Part shown: positions 49,233-59,368 of the stretch, piece after piece | How the letters are laid out: every line of letters starts with the position of its first letter | How positions within the stretch are numbered: the stretch's first letter is position 1 | Origin: a bacterium | GTDB lineage: Bacteria > Patescibacteriota > Patescibacteriia > JACQRZ01 | Reading direction: 5' to 3' | DNA length: 64,000 nucleotides | NCBI GenBank assembly: GCA_023246095.1 | Contig: JAHFJA010000003.1 | Coordinates: forward strand, 10,782 to 74,781 | Program-made: the position numbers and the translations under genes | The notes under the pieces: generated by a model | The model's input: only the letters and a program-made list of their open reading frames with translations | Told to the model about the DNA's origin: nothing | The model's database searches: none

Positions 49233-49748
49233 ATGGTTATTGTGAATGTATTGATTAATAACCCTGCATTTTGGCTGTTAATTGGTGTATTGGTACATTT
49301 TCACGTGCGCAAAATTCCTCGTGTGAAAAATCTTAGGAAATATATTAGAACGGCAGACTTTGTATATTGGCCAGGTATCGAGAGGCACAGAATGGAATAC
49401 TTTCAACTACTTGTAAGTGCCATATGCGCTGTTATGTTATCTGCTTCTCTGGGGGCGATTATGGATGATACTCGTTTTATGTATCTTGAAAATTGGAATG
49501 ATATACTTCATGTGGCAAGGGCTTTGTATTTACTGTGCATATTTCCGGGACTTACAATTCCTATATTTGCATCCCTTGCTTCGATAGTGCAGACTATTGA
49601 GTATATTTTTAAAATATACCGCCATATCAAAATGGAGGATTATGATCACGAAAGTTATATTTTTGAAGGTGGGCTGATTGTACGATTCTTGGAAATGATC
49701 CCGATACTATCATTTATTGTCATATTGGTGAGTGGAAGAAAATTATAA
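49233..49748 (+). CDS. Hypothetical membrane protein (solo cassette)
   Basis: TTGACA at 49162; AAGGAGG SD; 4 TM segments. Confidence 0.7.
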   Translation: MVIVNVLINNPAFWLLIGVLVHFHVRKIPRVKNLRKYIRTADFVYWPGIERHRMEYFQLLVSAICAVMLSASLGAIMDDTRFMYLENWNDILHVARALYLLCIFPGLTIPIFASLASIVQTIEYIFKIYRHIKMEDYDHESYIFEGGLIVRFLEMIPILSFIVILVSGRKL

Positions 49749-49924
49749 CTATAAACATTGGACTAAGATAACATCAAGGTCCTTTTATTTTTGTGTATCA
49801 AAAAATCCCTCTTTCGAGAGACTCTTTGGAGCGAGATATGAATATATAAAAATTTTATCTAGTTAGAACCGCTTTTGATATTTAACCAAAATAAAAATCG
49901 AACTGTTTCCAGTTCAATTCGCGT

Positions 49925-49999
49925 TGGGGTGACCGACGAGGATCGAACTCGCGATGGGAGGACCACAACCTCCTGTGTTACCACTACACCACGGCCACC
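49925..49999 (-). tRNA. tRNA-His(GTG)
   Basis: G-1:C73, 8-bp acceptor GGTGGCCG/CGGTCACC, loop TT-GTG-GT, encoded CCA. Confidence 0.95.
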
Positions 50000-50006
50000 A
50001 TGCTTA

Positions 50007-50366
50007 TTATTTGTACGACAACAATACAAGCCCGATAATGACCACCAGCATACCAACAACATTCAAGAGTGTCAATGTCTCATGGAGAAAGAAGTACGAG
50101 GCGATATCAACCAGGACAAAGGTACTTCCGGCGATGACCGGCATCGCAATATGCAGCGGCATGCGTACGAATACTTCAGTATAAAATGGGAAGCTGCCAA
50201 CAAGCAGCAATACTCCTACAATAATATACGGATTTCGCACTGCGGAAAGTAAAAATGCAAGGTCAATGCTCTTTGAAGTGATTCGCTGAGTGCCGAGTTT
50301 GATAAGCACGTTTCCCATCGCACCCGCAATGATCGTGATTGCAAGAAAAATATAGGTCTGTAGCAT
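50007..50366 (-). CDS. EamA/SMR-like small multidrug transporter
   Basis: 4 TM; PLHIAMP and FLHETLT...GLVLL patterns. Confidence 0.8.
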   Translation of the reverse strand: MLQTYIFLAITIIAGAMGNVLIKLGTQRITSKSIDLAFLLSAVRNPYIIVGVLLLVGSFPFYTEVFVRMPLHIAMPVIAGSTFVLVDIASYFFLHETLTLLNVVGMLVVIIGLVLLSYK

Positions 50367-50483
50367 ATATTATTAGTGTACTGCATCAAGGCGGGGCTCG
50401 TCAAAATTAATGAACTCTGTTAACATTAAAGCCCTCATGTAATACTCTATAATGAAGATATTATTACTATAACGACCATTCTT

Positions 50484-51101
50484 ATGGATTACACCACGTT
50501 GGCTGCTAGTCAAGTCGTAAAAGAGACTATTGGGTCATTGGGGAAAAGACATATTGAGGTACTAAGTGTAGAAAATGGGGCCCAGGCGCTAGACAAAATA
50601 AAGGAGCTCATTCCGACCGGCGCTTCAGTAATGAATGGTTCTTCACGAACCCTTGAACAAATTGGTTTCGTTGATTACCTCAAAGCAGGCACTCATGGCT
50701 GGAATAATCTTCATGAAGGAATTTTGGCCGAAAAAGATTCTGCTAAACAAGCACTACTTCGCAAGCAAGCAGTACTTTCTGATTATTACTTGGGTAGCGT
50801 TCATGGTCTTGCCCAAACAGGAGAGTTTGTTATCGCTTCAAATACTGGTAGCCAGCTACCTCACATTGTTTTTACTTCACCAAATCTTATCTTTGTCGTA
50901 AGTACTAAAAAAATCGTACCCACCCTCGCGGATGCAATGGCACGCCTACAAGAACATGTAATTCCTCTAGAAGAAAAACATATGCAAGAGCTATATGGTG
51001 TCCATACTGCACCAAATAAAGTTCTTATTTTTCAAGGTGAGAATCCAATGCTGGAAAGAAAAGTACGCGTAATTCTTGTAAACGAAGATCTTGGGTTTTA
51101 A
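50484..51101 (+). CDS. LUD-domain (lactate utilisation-like) protein
   Basis: GSSRTLEQIG, SNTGSQL, KIVPTL, ILVNEDLGF. Confidence 0.85.
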   Translation: MDYTTLAASQVVKETIGSLGKRHIEVLSVENGAQALDKIKELIPTGASVMNGSSRTLEQIGFVDYLKAGTHGWNNLHEGILAEKDSAKQALLRKQAVLSDYYLGSVHGLAQTGEFVIASNTGSQLPHIVFTSPNLIFVVSTKKIVPTLADAMARLQEHVIPLEEKHMQELYGVHTAPNKVLIFQGENPMLERKVRVILVNEDLGF

Positions 51102-51102
51102 T

Positions 51103-52827
51103 ATGCAACAAAAGAATCAGCCGAACTTATTTGGACTATTAAAACCATATTGGAAGCTGGTCGCTTCGTTGGTTGTTTTGGCGTTGCTCAGTAATGGTTT
51201 GACGTTATGGCTGCCTCGATTACTATCTCATGGTATTGATGGTTTTTTGATGGGCACATCGCTCCATCCTATATTGTGGAAATTTTCTATTGCTTCGGTT
51301 TTGATATTTGTCCTTACTTATCTGCAAAGTATTGTCCAGACATATGCGTCAGAGCGAGTGGCGCGGGACCTGCGCGCTGATCTTTCCAGAAAAATATCGA
51401 CCCAGAGCTTTGCCCAAGTGCAAGCAGTAACGCCGTCAAGATTACTGACCAATCTCACGTCTGACATTGATTCGATTAAAAGTTTTGTTTCCCAAGCGAT
51501 CGTGAATATTGTGTCATCCGCCTTTATTATATTAGGGGGAAGTGTGCTGCTTCTTTCTATTGATTGGAAACTTGGTTTGGCTGTATTAACGATTTTGCCG
51601 ATTATTGCTGTTACGTTCTTTTTGATATTGGGCAAAGTAAGGAAGTTGTTTCTCGAAACGCGAGAGATAATTGACTGGTTAAACAAAGTTATTAACGAAA
51701 GCATCCTCGGCGCGGCGTTGATTCGCGTGTTGCATTCTCAACGATGGGAACACCAAAAGTTTATTGATGCCAACGGCAAGGCTCGAGATGTTGGAGTGAA
51801 GATTTTGAAATTGTTTTCGGCAATGATTCCCATCATTACGTTTGCTTCAAATCTTGCTATTGTCATCATCCTTGTGTTGGGAGGAAAATTTATCATTGAG
51901 GGAAGCATGAGCTTGGGGGATTTTGCTTCATTCAACAGTTATCTGGCGATCCTGATATTCCCCATCATGATTATCGGTTTCATGAGTAATATTATTGCAC
52001 AGGCCCAGGCGTCCTATGGCAGAATTGTCGACGTATTATCGTCACCGGAAACAAAAGACGAGGGTACTACTATAACACCACTCGACGGTAGTATTCAAAT
52101 AGAAAAGGTCACATTGATATACGGGCAAAGGGCAGTCTTAAAGGATGTTTCCTTCTCGATTGAACCCCACAGCAAAGTAGCCATCATTGGTCCGACCGCC
52201 GCCGGTAAAACGCAGTTGCTCAATCTCCTTATTGGACTGATCCAACCGACAAAAGGAGAAGTAAAATATGACCACCGCAATCTGGGTGAGTATCAGCGGG
52301 AAAATCTTTATAAGCAGGTTGGTATCGTTTTCCAGGACAGCAATATTTTTAATATTAGCGTGCGGGAAAATATTGCATTTAACACTGATGTTACCAAAGA
52401 AGATATGGAAAAGGCTATTGAAACTGCAGAGTTGTCTGAGTTCATTAGTGGCTTGCCTTTGGGGCTTGAGACGGTTGCCTCTGAACGGGGTATGAGCTTA
52501 TCGGGCGGGCAAAAACAACGTATTATGCTTGCTCGCGCGCTTGCCATCAATCCAAAAATTTTATTACTTGATGACTTCACTGCGCGTGTCGATGCGAATA
52601 CTGAGAAAAAAATTCTTGAAAATGTTGCAAAAAATTATCCTGAATTAACATTGGTATCGGTAACACAAAAGATCGCTTCCGTTGAGCATTATGACCAGAT
52701 TATTGTATTGATGGAGGGTGAAGTGATCGCGACGGGAAAACATGAAGACTTGATTCACACATCGCCGGAATATGTACAGATATATAATTCACAGCAAAGT
52801 ACCAGTACGTATGAACTACAATCTTAG
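51103..52827 (+). CDS. Heterodimeric ABC exporter, subunit with degenerate Walker B/H-switch
   Basis: GPTAAGKT, LSGGQKQR, LLDD (no catalytic E), VTQK. Confidence 0.92.
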   Translation: MQQKNQPNLFGLLKPYWKLVASLVVLALLSNGLTLWLPRLLSHGIDGFLMGTSLHPILWKFSIASVLIFVLTYLQSIVQTYASERVARDLRADLSRKISTQSFAQVQAVTPSRLLTNLTSDIDSIKSFVSQAIVNIVSSAFIILGGSVLLLSIDWKLGLAVLTILPIIAVTFFLILGKVRKLFLETREIIDWLNKVINESILGAALIRVLHSQRWEHQKFIDANGKARDVGVKILKLFSAMIPIITFASNLAIVIILVLGGKFIIEGSMSLGDFASFNSYLAILIFPIMIIGFMSNIIAQAQASYGRIVDVLSSPETKDEGTTITPLDGSIQIEKVTLIYGQRAVLKDVSFSIEPHSKVAIIGPTAAGKTQLLNLLIGLIQPTKGEVKYDHRNLGEYQRENLYKQVGIVFQDSNIFNISVRENIAFNTDVTKEDMEKAIETAELSEFISGLPLGLETVASERGMSLSGGQKQRIMLARALAINPKILLLDDFTARVDANTEKKILENVAKNYPELTLVSVTQKIASVEHYDQIIVLMEGEVIATGKHEDLIHTSPEYVQIYNSQQSTSTYELQS

Positions 52828-54568
52828 TACAATAGATCCGGGTAAAAAAACATCCCTTTTGCAGGCGATCAAAACACTTTGGCCTTTGATTGTCCAAGAA
52901 AAGACGATAATGGTTTTCGCCTTGGTTGCTGTAGTCATCAACTCCCTTTTGAACCTCATCGCTCCTCGACTGATCGCCCATGCGGTCGATACCTATATTA
53001 TTGCACGCGATTACCATGGAGTTCTGATGTATGCGGGAATCATTTTGGCAATGTATGTGTGTGGTTTGTTAACCAGCTACATGCAAATTCGCCTTATGGG
53101 GGGTGTGGGACAGCGGGTACTGTATCGTTTGCGCAATCAAGTATTTAATAAACTTCAGGCGCTTCCTATTGCATTTTTTAATCAAAACAAAGCAGGTGAT
53201 TTGATTTCTCGCATCAATAATGACACTGATAAGATCAATCAGTTTTTTTCCCAGGCTTTAGTCCAGTTTATCGGAAATATTTTTCTCATGACCGGCGCGG
53301 CGATATTTTTACTTAGTCTCAATATTCGCTTGGGCGCTGCTACATTGGCACCTGCCGCGGGGCTGCTTATTATTACCAGTCTCCTCTCAGCGTGGGTAAA
53401 GAAGAAAAATCTGGTGAGTTCCAGAACGTTGGGGGGAATGAGCGCTGAGATCCAGGAAAGCCTTAATAATTTTAAAGTGATTATCGCCTTTAACCGAAGA
53501 GACTTTTTTAAAAAGCGATTTCAAGAAGTGAATGATGAAAATTATACTGCGTCGGTGGGGGCAGGAATTGCTAATAACACATTTACACCGATGTACGGTC
53601 TTGCTTCAAACATTGGACAAATGATTGTGTTAGCATACGGTATCTCGTTGATTTTGTCTGGTCATTTTACGGTGGGTTTGCTGATTAGTTTTCTTTCATA
53701 TGCCAATAGTTTCTACAGCCCCTTGCGCCAACTTGCGGCGCTTTGGGCAAGCCTCCAGGCGGCGATGGCAAGTTGGGATCGAGTGCACGACATATTGATG
53801 TTGGAAAGTGATTTGCCGGTACTTACCGAGTCCGCTGAAGCAAATTATCAGACAGCACTAGAACTTAGGAATGTACATTTCACGTACCCTGACGGCAAAG
53901 AGGTTCTGCATAATATCAATATACAATTGGAAAAAGGAAAAACATATGCACTGGTGGGACCTACTGGAGGAGGGAAGACAACAACTGCGTCGTTGATGGC
54001 GCGTTTGTATGATCCGACTATAGGAACAATATTTTTAAATGGTAAAGACATTCGCAGTTACTCTCCCCAAGAACGCACACAAAAAATTGGTTTCATTTTG
54101 CAGGAGCCTGTGCTGTTTACGGGAAGCGTACGGGAAAACATTTTGTATGGAAATGAGGAGTACCAATCTCATAGCAATGAACAACTAGAAGCGCTTATTC
54201 ATGACGCCGGTTTGGAAAAATTATTGAAACGATTTGATCAAGGACTGGAAACGAAACTAACTGCCAGTGGAGATGCGGTAAGTCTTGGTCAAAAACAGCT
54301 CATCGCGTTTATTCGTGCTGTGCTTCGTAACCCAGACGTATTGATTCTGGACGAAGCGACGGCGAATATTGACACGGTAACCGAAGAATTGCTCGAAGAG
54401 ATTTTGCGCAATCTTCCCTCAAGCACAACAAAGGTGATTATCGCCCATCGCCTTAACACGATTGAAAACGCTGATGAAATATTCTTTGTAAATGCCGGTG
54501 AAGTGATCAAAGCAGGTTCGATGGAAAACGCATTGGAGATGCTGTTGCACCAGGATATGAGGAGTTAG
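52811..54568 (+). CDS. Heterodimeric ABC exporter, partner subunit
   Basis: GPTGGGKT, degenerate signature VSLGQKQ, ILDEAT, IAHRL. Confidence 0.92.
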   Translation: MNYNLSTIDPGKKTSLLQAIKTLWPLIVQEKTIMVFALVAVVINSLLNLIAPRLIAHAVDTYIIARDYHGVLMYAGIILAMYVCGLLTSYMQIRLMGGVGQRVLYRLRNQVFNKLQALPIAFFNQNKAGDLISRINNDTDKINQFFSQALVQFIGNIFLMTGAAIFLLSLNIRLGAATLAPAAGLLIITSLLSAWVKKKNLVSSRTLGGMSAEIQESLNNFKVIIAFNRRDFFKKRFQEVNDENYTASVGAGIANNTFTPMYGLASNIGQMIVLAYGISLILSGHFTVGLLISFLSYANSFYSPLRQLAALWASLQAAMASWDRVHDILMLESDLPVLTESAEANYQTALELRNVHFTYPDGKEVLHNINIQLEKGKTYALVGPTGGGKTTTASLMARLYDPTIGTIFLNGKDIRSYSPQERTQKIGFILQEPVLFTGSVRENILYGNEEYQSHSNEQLEALIHDAGLEKLLKRFDQGLETKLTASGDAVSLGQKQLIAFIRAVLRNPDVLILDEATANIDTVTEELLEEILRNLPSSTTKVIIAHRLNTIENADEIFFVNAGEVIKAGSMENALEMLLHQDMRS

Positions 54569-54591
54569 GGTAATTTGGTATAATCCGGAGT

Positions 54592-55221
54592 ATGAAAGCC
54601 TTCTTTCCACAAGACAGATCTTCACTCTTCTCTCTTGTCCCGCTTGTTATCGTAAATATCATCCCTCTTGTTGGGGTGTTGTTTCTTGATTGGAGCTTGT
54701 TCCAAGTACTTTTTTTGTATTGGGTCGAAAGCGGTGTTATTGGTGTTTATAATATATTCAAACTCATTATAGTAGCTCGTTTATCAAGCATTATAGCGGT
54801 GCCTTTTTTTATCATCCACTATAGTCTGTTCATGCTTATCCATTTGCTATTTATTATTGTTCTTTTTGCTCCTGACCTACGTTCTGATTCCCTCTTTCCT
54901 TCTGGCGCTGTTATTGTCACACTGCTTGGTAGGAATGTAGTACCTGTTTTACTGTTGTTTATAAGTCATGGCGTGTCATTTTTTTGGAATTTCATTAAAG
55001 GTCGAGAGTATGAAAATACCGACGTTCGCAAACAAATGAATGCACCCTATGAAAGAGTTTTAATAATGCACTTTACGATTATATTTGGAAGCTGGCTGGT
55101 ATTTTCCTTTGGTAAGCCGGTATTAGGAGTAGTATTTTTGATTGTTTTCAAAACCTTTATCGATGTGTTTTCTCATCTGCGGGTACACGGATTTATAAAA
55201 AGCCAATATAGCAAATATTAG
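54592..55221 (+). CDS. DUF6498-like membrane protein
   Basis: NIIPLVGVLFLDW...LYWVES, FFIIHY, SHGVSF, APYERVLIMH. Confidence 0.75.
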   Translation: MKAFFPQDRSSLFSLVPLVIVNIIPLVGVLFLDWSLFQVLFLYWVESGVIGVYNIFKLIIVARLSSIIAVPFFIIHYSLFMLIHLLFIIVLFAPDLRSDSLFPSGAVIVTLLGRNVVPVLLLFISHGVSFFWNFIKGREYENTDVRKQMNAPYERVLIMHFTIIFGSWLVFSFGKPVLGVVFLIVFKTFIDVFSHLRVHGFIKSQYSKY

Positions 55222-55262
55222 TTTTCGAATGTAAACGAATTATTTTTTTCTTAGTGTAATTC

Positions 55263-55337
55263 TGGTGCGCCCTGCAGGAATCGAACCTACATAACAGGCT
55301 TAGAAGTCCTGTGTTCTATCCATTGAACTAAGGGCGC
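55263..55337 (-). tRNA. tRNA-Arg(TCT)
   Basis: GCGCCCT/AGGGCGC acceptor, loop CT-TCT-AA, GGTTCGATTCC, encoded CCA. Confidence 0.95.
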
Positions 55338-55380
55338 ATGTCATGGATACAGTACGAAATTCGAGAATGATTGTCAATCA

Positions 55381-56334
55381 CTACTTCTTTCTTTTCTTCC
55401 CATGAAACGCTTTGTGAACGTCGCGCAATTGCTGGTTGGTAATATGAGTGTAGATTTGCGTGGTGGTGATACTAGAGTGCCCCAAGAGTGCTTGTACTGA
55501 TCGGATGTCAGCTCCGTTGATCAAAAGATCAGTCGCAAAGGTGTGGCGCATGACATGGGGGGTAATATGTTTTGTAATCCCGGCGGCGTGGGAATATTTT
55601 TGTACGAGACGCTGCATGCTGCGAGGAGTGAGGTGAAGATTGTCATCATCTTCATCGAGAGCTTTGCCGGTAAACGCGCGATCATGGCGGATGAAAAGTG
55701 GGTTGAATACGTCAGTGCGCAATGCAAGATAGTCTCGGATACGATCTTTTGCATTTTTTGAAAGAAATACGATGCGATATTTGTCGCCTTTTCCTTTTAC
55801 GGTGAATTCATCCTTGGCTAAATTGATGCTACCACGACGCAAGGCGGCTAACTCGGACACGCGAAGCCCCGATGAAAAAAATAACTCTAAGATTGCCGCA
55901 TCACGCTGTTTGGTAATCTCTGGTTCATGCGTACGAGCGGGTGCTTGAAGAAACCGTTCAAGGTCGTCTCCTTCCATGAAGTCAACCGTTCGCTGAGGCA
56001 TTTTTGCGAGTTCTATTTTTTCTGGAGCCAGGGTGCGAATGTCGCGCTTTGCGAGATACTTTAAAAATGACCGCACTGCGATGAGGTGATAATTTTGCGT
56101 ATTCTTTTTCAGTGGTGTATCCCCGTTGAGTCGATTGAGCCAGAGGCGAAATGCGCGAACAGTATCTAAACTAATTTGTGCCGGTGCGGTAACTTTATTT
56201 TCTCGCGCCCACTTTTCAAAACGGTTGAGATAAAACGCGTAATTCTCAATCGTGTTTGGTGAGCGGTTTTTTTCAATCTCAATATGTTCGAGATAATCGC
56301 GGATCAATTTTTTGAGAAGTGATGGGGGAGGCAT
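55381..56334 (-). CDS. XerC/XerD-family tyrosine recombinase
   Basis: SGLRVSE, KGKGDKYR, HVMRH, LGHS, TTQIY catalytic set; start revised to ATG 56334. Confidence 0.92.
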   Translation of the reverse strand: MPPPSLLKKLIRDYLEHIEIEKNRSPNTIENYAFYLNRFEKWARENKVTAPAQISLDTVRAFRLWLNRLNGDTPLKKNTQNYHLIAVRSFLKYLAKRDIRTLAPEKIELAKMPQRTVDFMEGDDLERFLQAPARTHEPEITKQRDAAILELFFSSGLRVSELAALRRGSINLAKDEFTVKGKGDKYRIVFLSKNAKDRIRDYLALRTDVFNPLFIRHDRAFTGKALDEDDDNLHLTPRSMQRLVQKYSHAAGITKHITPHVMRHTFATDLLINGADIRSVQALLGHSSITTTQIYTHITNQQLRDVHKAFHGKKRKK

Positions 56335-56444
56335 AGTCCTTTTATTGTACGACACTATTGACAAAAAGGGAAAAATGTGATATGGTAGCGATTGTAATAA
56401 TTATGGATGTACTGGTGAGAAGTCAGTGAAAAAAGGAGAATATA

Positions 56445-56735
56445 ATGTCGAAAAAAGAGTTTTTCTATTCTGAAACCGAAAAATTAGCATTCTACATAAC
56501 GGGTGAAGATAATTCTTTCAATGTAGTAAAGATAATCGACATGTTGAATGCAGGTGCTGATGCTTTAGTTTCTGCTGCACCATCTATTGACCGAGCAACA
56601 GTAGGGACTGCGTTCATTAGAAAGTCATTCCGTTATCAGAATCGACGATATTTCTATGCTACGGCAGCGGAAGTACCTGATACTTTTTTTAAGCTTGGTG
56701 AAGATTGGACAATGCAAAAGTGGATAGAAAGGTAA
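56445..56735 (+). CDS. Hypothetical protein (solo cassette)
   Basis: TTGACA(56358)-17-TATGGT; AAGGAG SD; terminator 56764-56795. Confidence 0.75.
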   Translation: MSKKEFFYSETEKLAFYITGEDNSFNVVKIIDMLNAGADALVSAAPSIDRATVGTAFIRKSFRYQNRRYFYATAAEVPDTFFKLGEDWTMQKWIER

Positions 56736-56918
56736 CATCCTTCAAAAGGAAATAAAATGTATGAAGCCAACCTAATTTAGGAAGGCTTTTGTTTTACTGT
56801 TATTGACAGAACAGTGGACTCGGGATAGTTTCTGTTACAGAATATTCCTTTGAAGGAATGTTCGTCGCTGTATCGTTATTTTAAAATTATTATTTTGTAG
56901 AATAAGGGGTCGTTAAGA

Positions 56919-58121
56919 ATGAATGAGAAACCACGAGTATTATTTGTTACAGGAACATTAGTAAAGAGAGGGGGTCCTTATGTTATTTCTCGCATTATGG
57001 AGAAACTACACAAGGAAGGTATCGAAACAAAACTTGCTGCTTGTTATCTGCAAGGAAGTTCAGCTTCTGAGGCAGAGGAATGGTGGCCAGAAAAAAATAT
57101 CGATTGGATCACCGTTGTCACAACAGGTGATTCAACAATGCGACAGATTGCGGGTATCGAAGAAGTGAAAAAATACCTGAGAATACATGCTCATGAATAT
57201 ACCCATATCATTTTAGACAGTTGGAATGTATTTCATGCATGGATTACATCAGGGGTTTCACACTCAAATGTATTTCATCTCATGCAGTCAGAAGGACCAT
57301 TTGAAGCAGAAGACCCGTCAGTAGTTTGGAAGGCAGAATTATATAATGTGCTCGCAACACTCCCTGCATCACGCATTGTTGTGTCTCGGTATTTGGCAGC
57401 AGTTCAGAAACGTAGGTCCGAAGCGTCGGTGTACTATATGCCCCTTTTCATTGATAAAGCATTTTTTGAGGCAGAATATTTTGTAAAAGACCGGGAACAT
57501 CTTACGGTGGTAAGTACCTCCGGAGACTTCCTTGGGCGAGAAAAAGGACTGGATGTTTTGATTGAAACATTAACAGAATGGCATGCGCATTTTCCCCGTT
57601 TCAGCCTAACTTTGGTGTCGTCAAGAGAGATCCCGGAAGATCGGCTAAAAGCACCGTTTCCGATAACAGTATGCTCTGCGAAAGATCCGGCCGACTCAAT
57701 ACGAATCTTGCAGACTGCTGATGTGGCGGTGTTTACCTCTACTAATGAAGGGTGGGGATTATGTAATGCAGAGGCAATCGCATTAGGCATCCCAACTATT
57801 GCTCTGTATGCAGGAGGAAACCAAGATTTTATGCTCGGTTCAAATGCTGTACTTGTCTCAAACGGCACTGGTTCATTACTGAGTACACTGATTTCCATGC
57901 AGGATTATGCGACTCGCCAAATGATTCATATGAATGCGCGGGAAAGCATGAGGCATTATCAAATCGACGAAACAGTACGAATATTTAAAGAGATATTACA
58001 GATTAAGCAATTAGGAGGAAATTCTGTGTCTGTAGAAGATGAAAATTTTGTTAAAACTTTTGGAGAAAATGACAACCAAGAAGATGAGGAGGATGAAACA
58101 GGAAGGTCTGCACTTGACTAA
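56919..58121 (+). CDS. GT4 glycosyltransferase with acidic tail
   Basis: IVVSRY, KGLD, EGWGLCNAEA (E-x7-E); TTGACA promoter at 56803. Confidence 0.85.
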   Translation: MNEKPRVLFVTGTLVKRGGPYVISRIMEKLHKEGIETKLAACYLQGSSASEAEEWWPEKNIDWITVVTTGDSTMRQIAGIEEVKKYLRIHAHEYTHIILDSWNVFHAWITSGVSHSNVFHLMQSEGPFEAEDPSVVWKAELYNVLATLPASRIVVSRYLAAVQKRRSEASVYYMPLFIDKAFFEAEYFVKDREHLTVVSTSGDFLGREKGLDVLIETLTEWHAHFPRFSLTLVSSREIPEDRLKAPFPITVCSAKDPADSIRILQTADVAVFTSTNEGWGLCNAEAIALGIPTIALYAGGNQDFMLGSNAVLVSNGTGSLLSTLISMQDYATRQMIHMNARESMRHYQIDETVRIFKEILQIKQLGGNSVSVEDENFVKTFGENDNQEDEEDETGRSALD

Positions 58122-58261
58122 CTAGTTTTTGTTCGTTTTTTCGTAAAGAATCTGATAATCAGCGAGGAATATAGTGGTTGAACTTAATATGTTTTACCAC
58201 TTTTTTATTACTTCTTACCTCCCTTGCCTTTTCCCTCAATCCATGGTACTATTGGATCGCT

Positions 58262-58353
58262 TTAATTATTAAATGACGATGACTCGGTATTTCCTTTTGA
58301 ACAGCAGCTTGTTCGGGATTAAGGACTACTGGCGTTGTAAGTCACTACACTCT
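58262..58353 (+). promoter_or_regulatory. Structured rpsO leader (putative S15 autoregulatory RNA)
   Basis: Promoter TTGCCT-17-TACTAT; nested stems TGAC/GTCA, TCCTT/AAGGA, TTGAACA/TGTTCGG. Confidence 0.55.
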
Positions 58354-58689
58354 ATGTTGGACAAGAAGGCAAAAGAGAAGTTGATCGCGAAATTCGCGAC
58401 TCACAAGGGCGACACGGGTTCGACCCAGGTCCAATCGGCTATCCTCACTGAGGAAATCAACCGTTTGGCAGAACATTTGCAGATGCACAAGAAGGACCAT
58501 TCTTCACGCCGCGGTCTTATTAAAAAAGTCGGCGAACGACGCAGACTCCTTCGCTACCTTGCTTCAGAGGATGCAAAAGCCTATGAAGAACTGTCAAAGA
58601 AGCTTAAGATAAAGAAGCGACAGTTCGCGCAAGAGAAAAATGAGTTGGATATGGATGATATGCCAATGCCAGCCGTTATCGAAGAGTAA
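58354..58689 (+). CDS. rpsO: 30S ribosomal protein S15
   Basis: [27 protein letters not shown]; acidic C-terminal extension. Confidence 0.97.
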   Translation: MLDKKAKEKLIAKFATHKGDTGSTQVQSAILTEEINRLAEHLQMHKKDHSSRRGLIKKVGERRRLLRYLASEDAKAYEELSKKLKIKKRQFAQEKNELDMDDMPMPAVIEE

Positions 58690-58714
58690 GCGTTATTTTT
58701 TAAAAGAGGAGGAG

Positions 58715-58737
58715 CCCCAAGAGGGGTCCCTTCGGGA
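58715..58737 (+). repeat. Short palindromic dispersed repeat, copy 2
   Basis: CCCCAAGAGGGGTCCCTTCGGGA. Confidence 0.5.
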
Positions 58738-58760
58738 AGTCTCAAAGAAGTGTACATTAT

Positions 58761-59303
58761 ATGATTAAACATAAAGATCAGAGAGTAGGGGTGTTTGTCG
58801 ATGTGGGCAATATGTATCATTCGGCAAAAAATCTTTACAAAGCACGCGTGAATTTCCAGGAAGTGCTCAAAGCCGCAGTCGCGGGGCGCAAACTCATTCG
58901 TGCATCGGCGTATGTGATCAAATCACAGACGCAAGAAGAGCAAAGTTTTTTTGAAGCACTATCAAAGCAAGGGTTTGACCTTCGAATGAAGGATTTGCAA
59001 GTTTTTGCGGGCGGTGCAAAAAAAGGAGATTGGGATGTCGGTATGTCAGTTGATGCGATTAAATCCGCTGACAAACTCGATGTCGTTATCTTGGTCACTG
59101 GTGACGGTGATTACGTCCCTCTTGTGACGTATTTGAACGAAAACAAAGGATGCCAAGTAGAAGTATTGGGTTTTGGTGAGACGACCTCACTCAAACTCAA
59201 AGAAGCAGTTGATGATTTTATCGATTTGAGTGAAGATCTTGGTACATACTTGCTGCGTGAGAATCGCAGTGGGGGTACAAGACGTCGTTCAAGCAGTAAA
59301 TAA
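58761..59303 (+). CDS. NYN domain (LabA/DUF88) protein
   Basis: FVDVGN, KGDWDV, TGDGDY. Confidence 0.92.
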   Translation: MIKHKDQRVGVFVDVGNMYHSAKNLYKARVNFQEVLKAAVAGRKLIRASAYVIKSQTQEEQSFFEALSKQGFDLRMKDLQVFAGGAKKGDWDVGMSVDAIKSADKLDVVILVTGDGDYVPLVTYLNENKGCQVEVLGFGETTSLKLKEAVDDFIDLSEDLGTYLLRENRSGGTRRRSSSK

Positions 59304-59368
59304 CACCACAGGGAGGGTGTAAAAGCCCTCCTATCGAGTGTGTTCCTAAACAATAATTATTATTTTTT

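Noticed and set aside
55381-56334. Recombinase as integrase of an island at tRNA-Arg
   Set aside because: It lies 5' of the tRNA, looks like housekeeping Xer, and no duplicated tRNA-Arg 3' end was found
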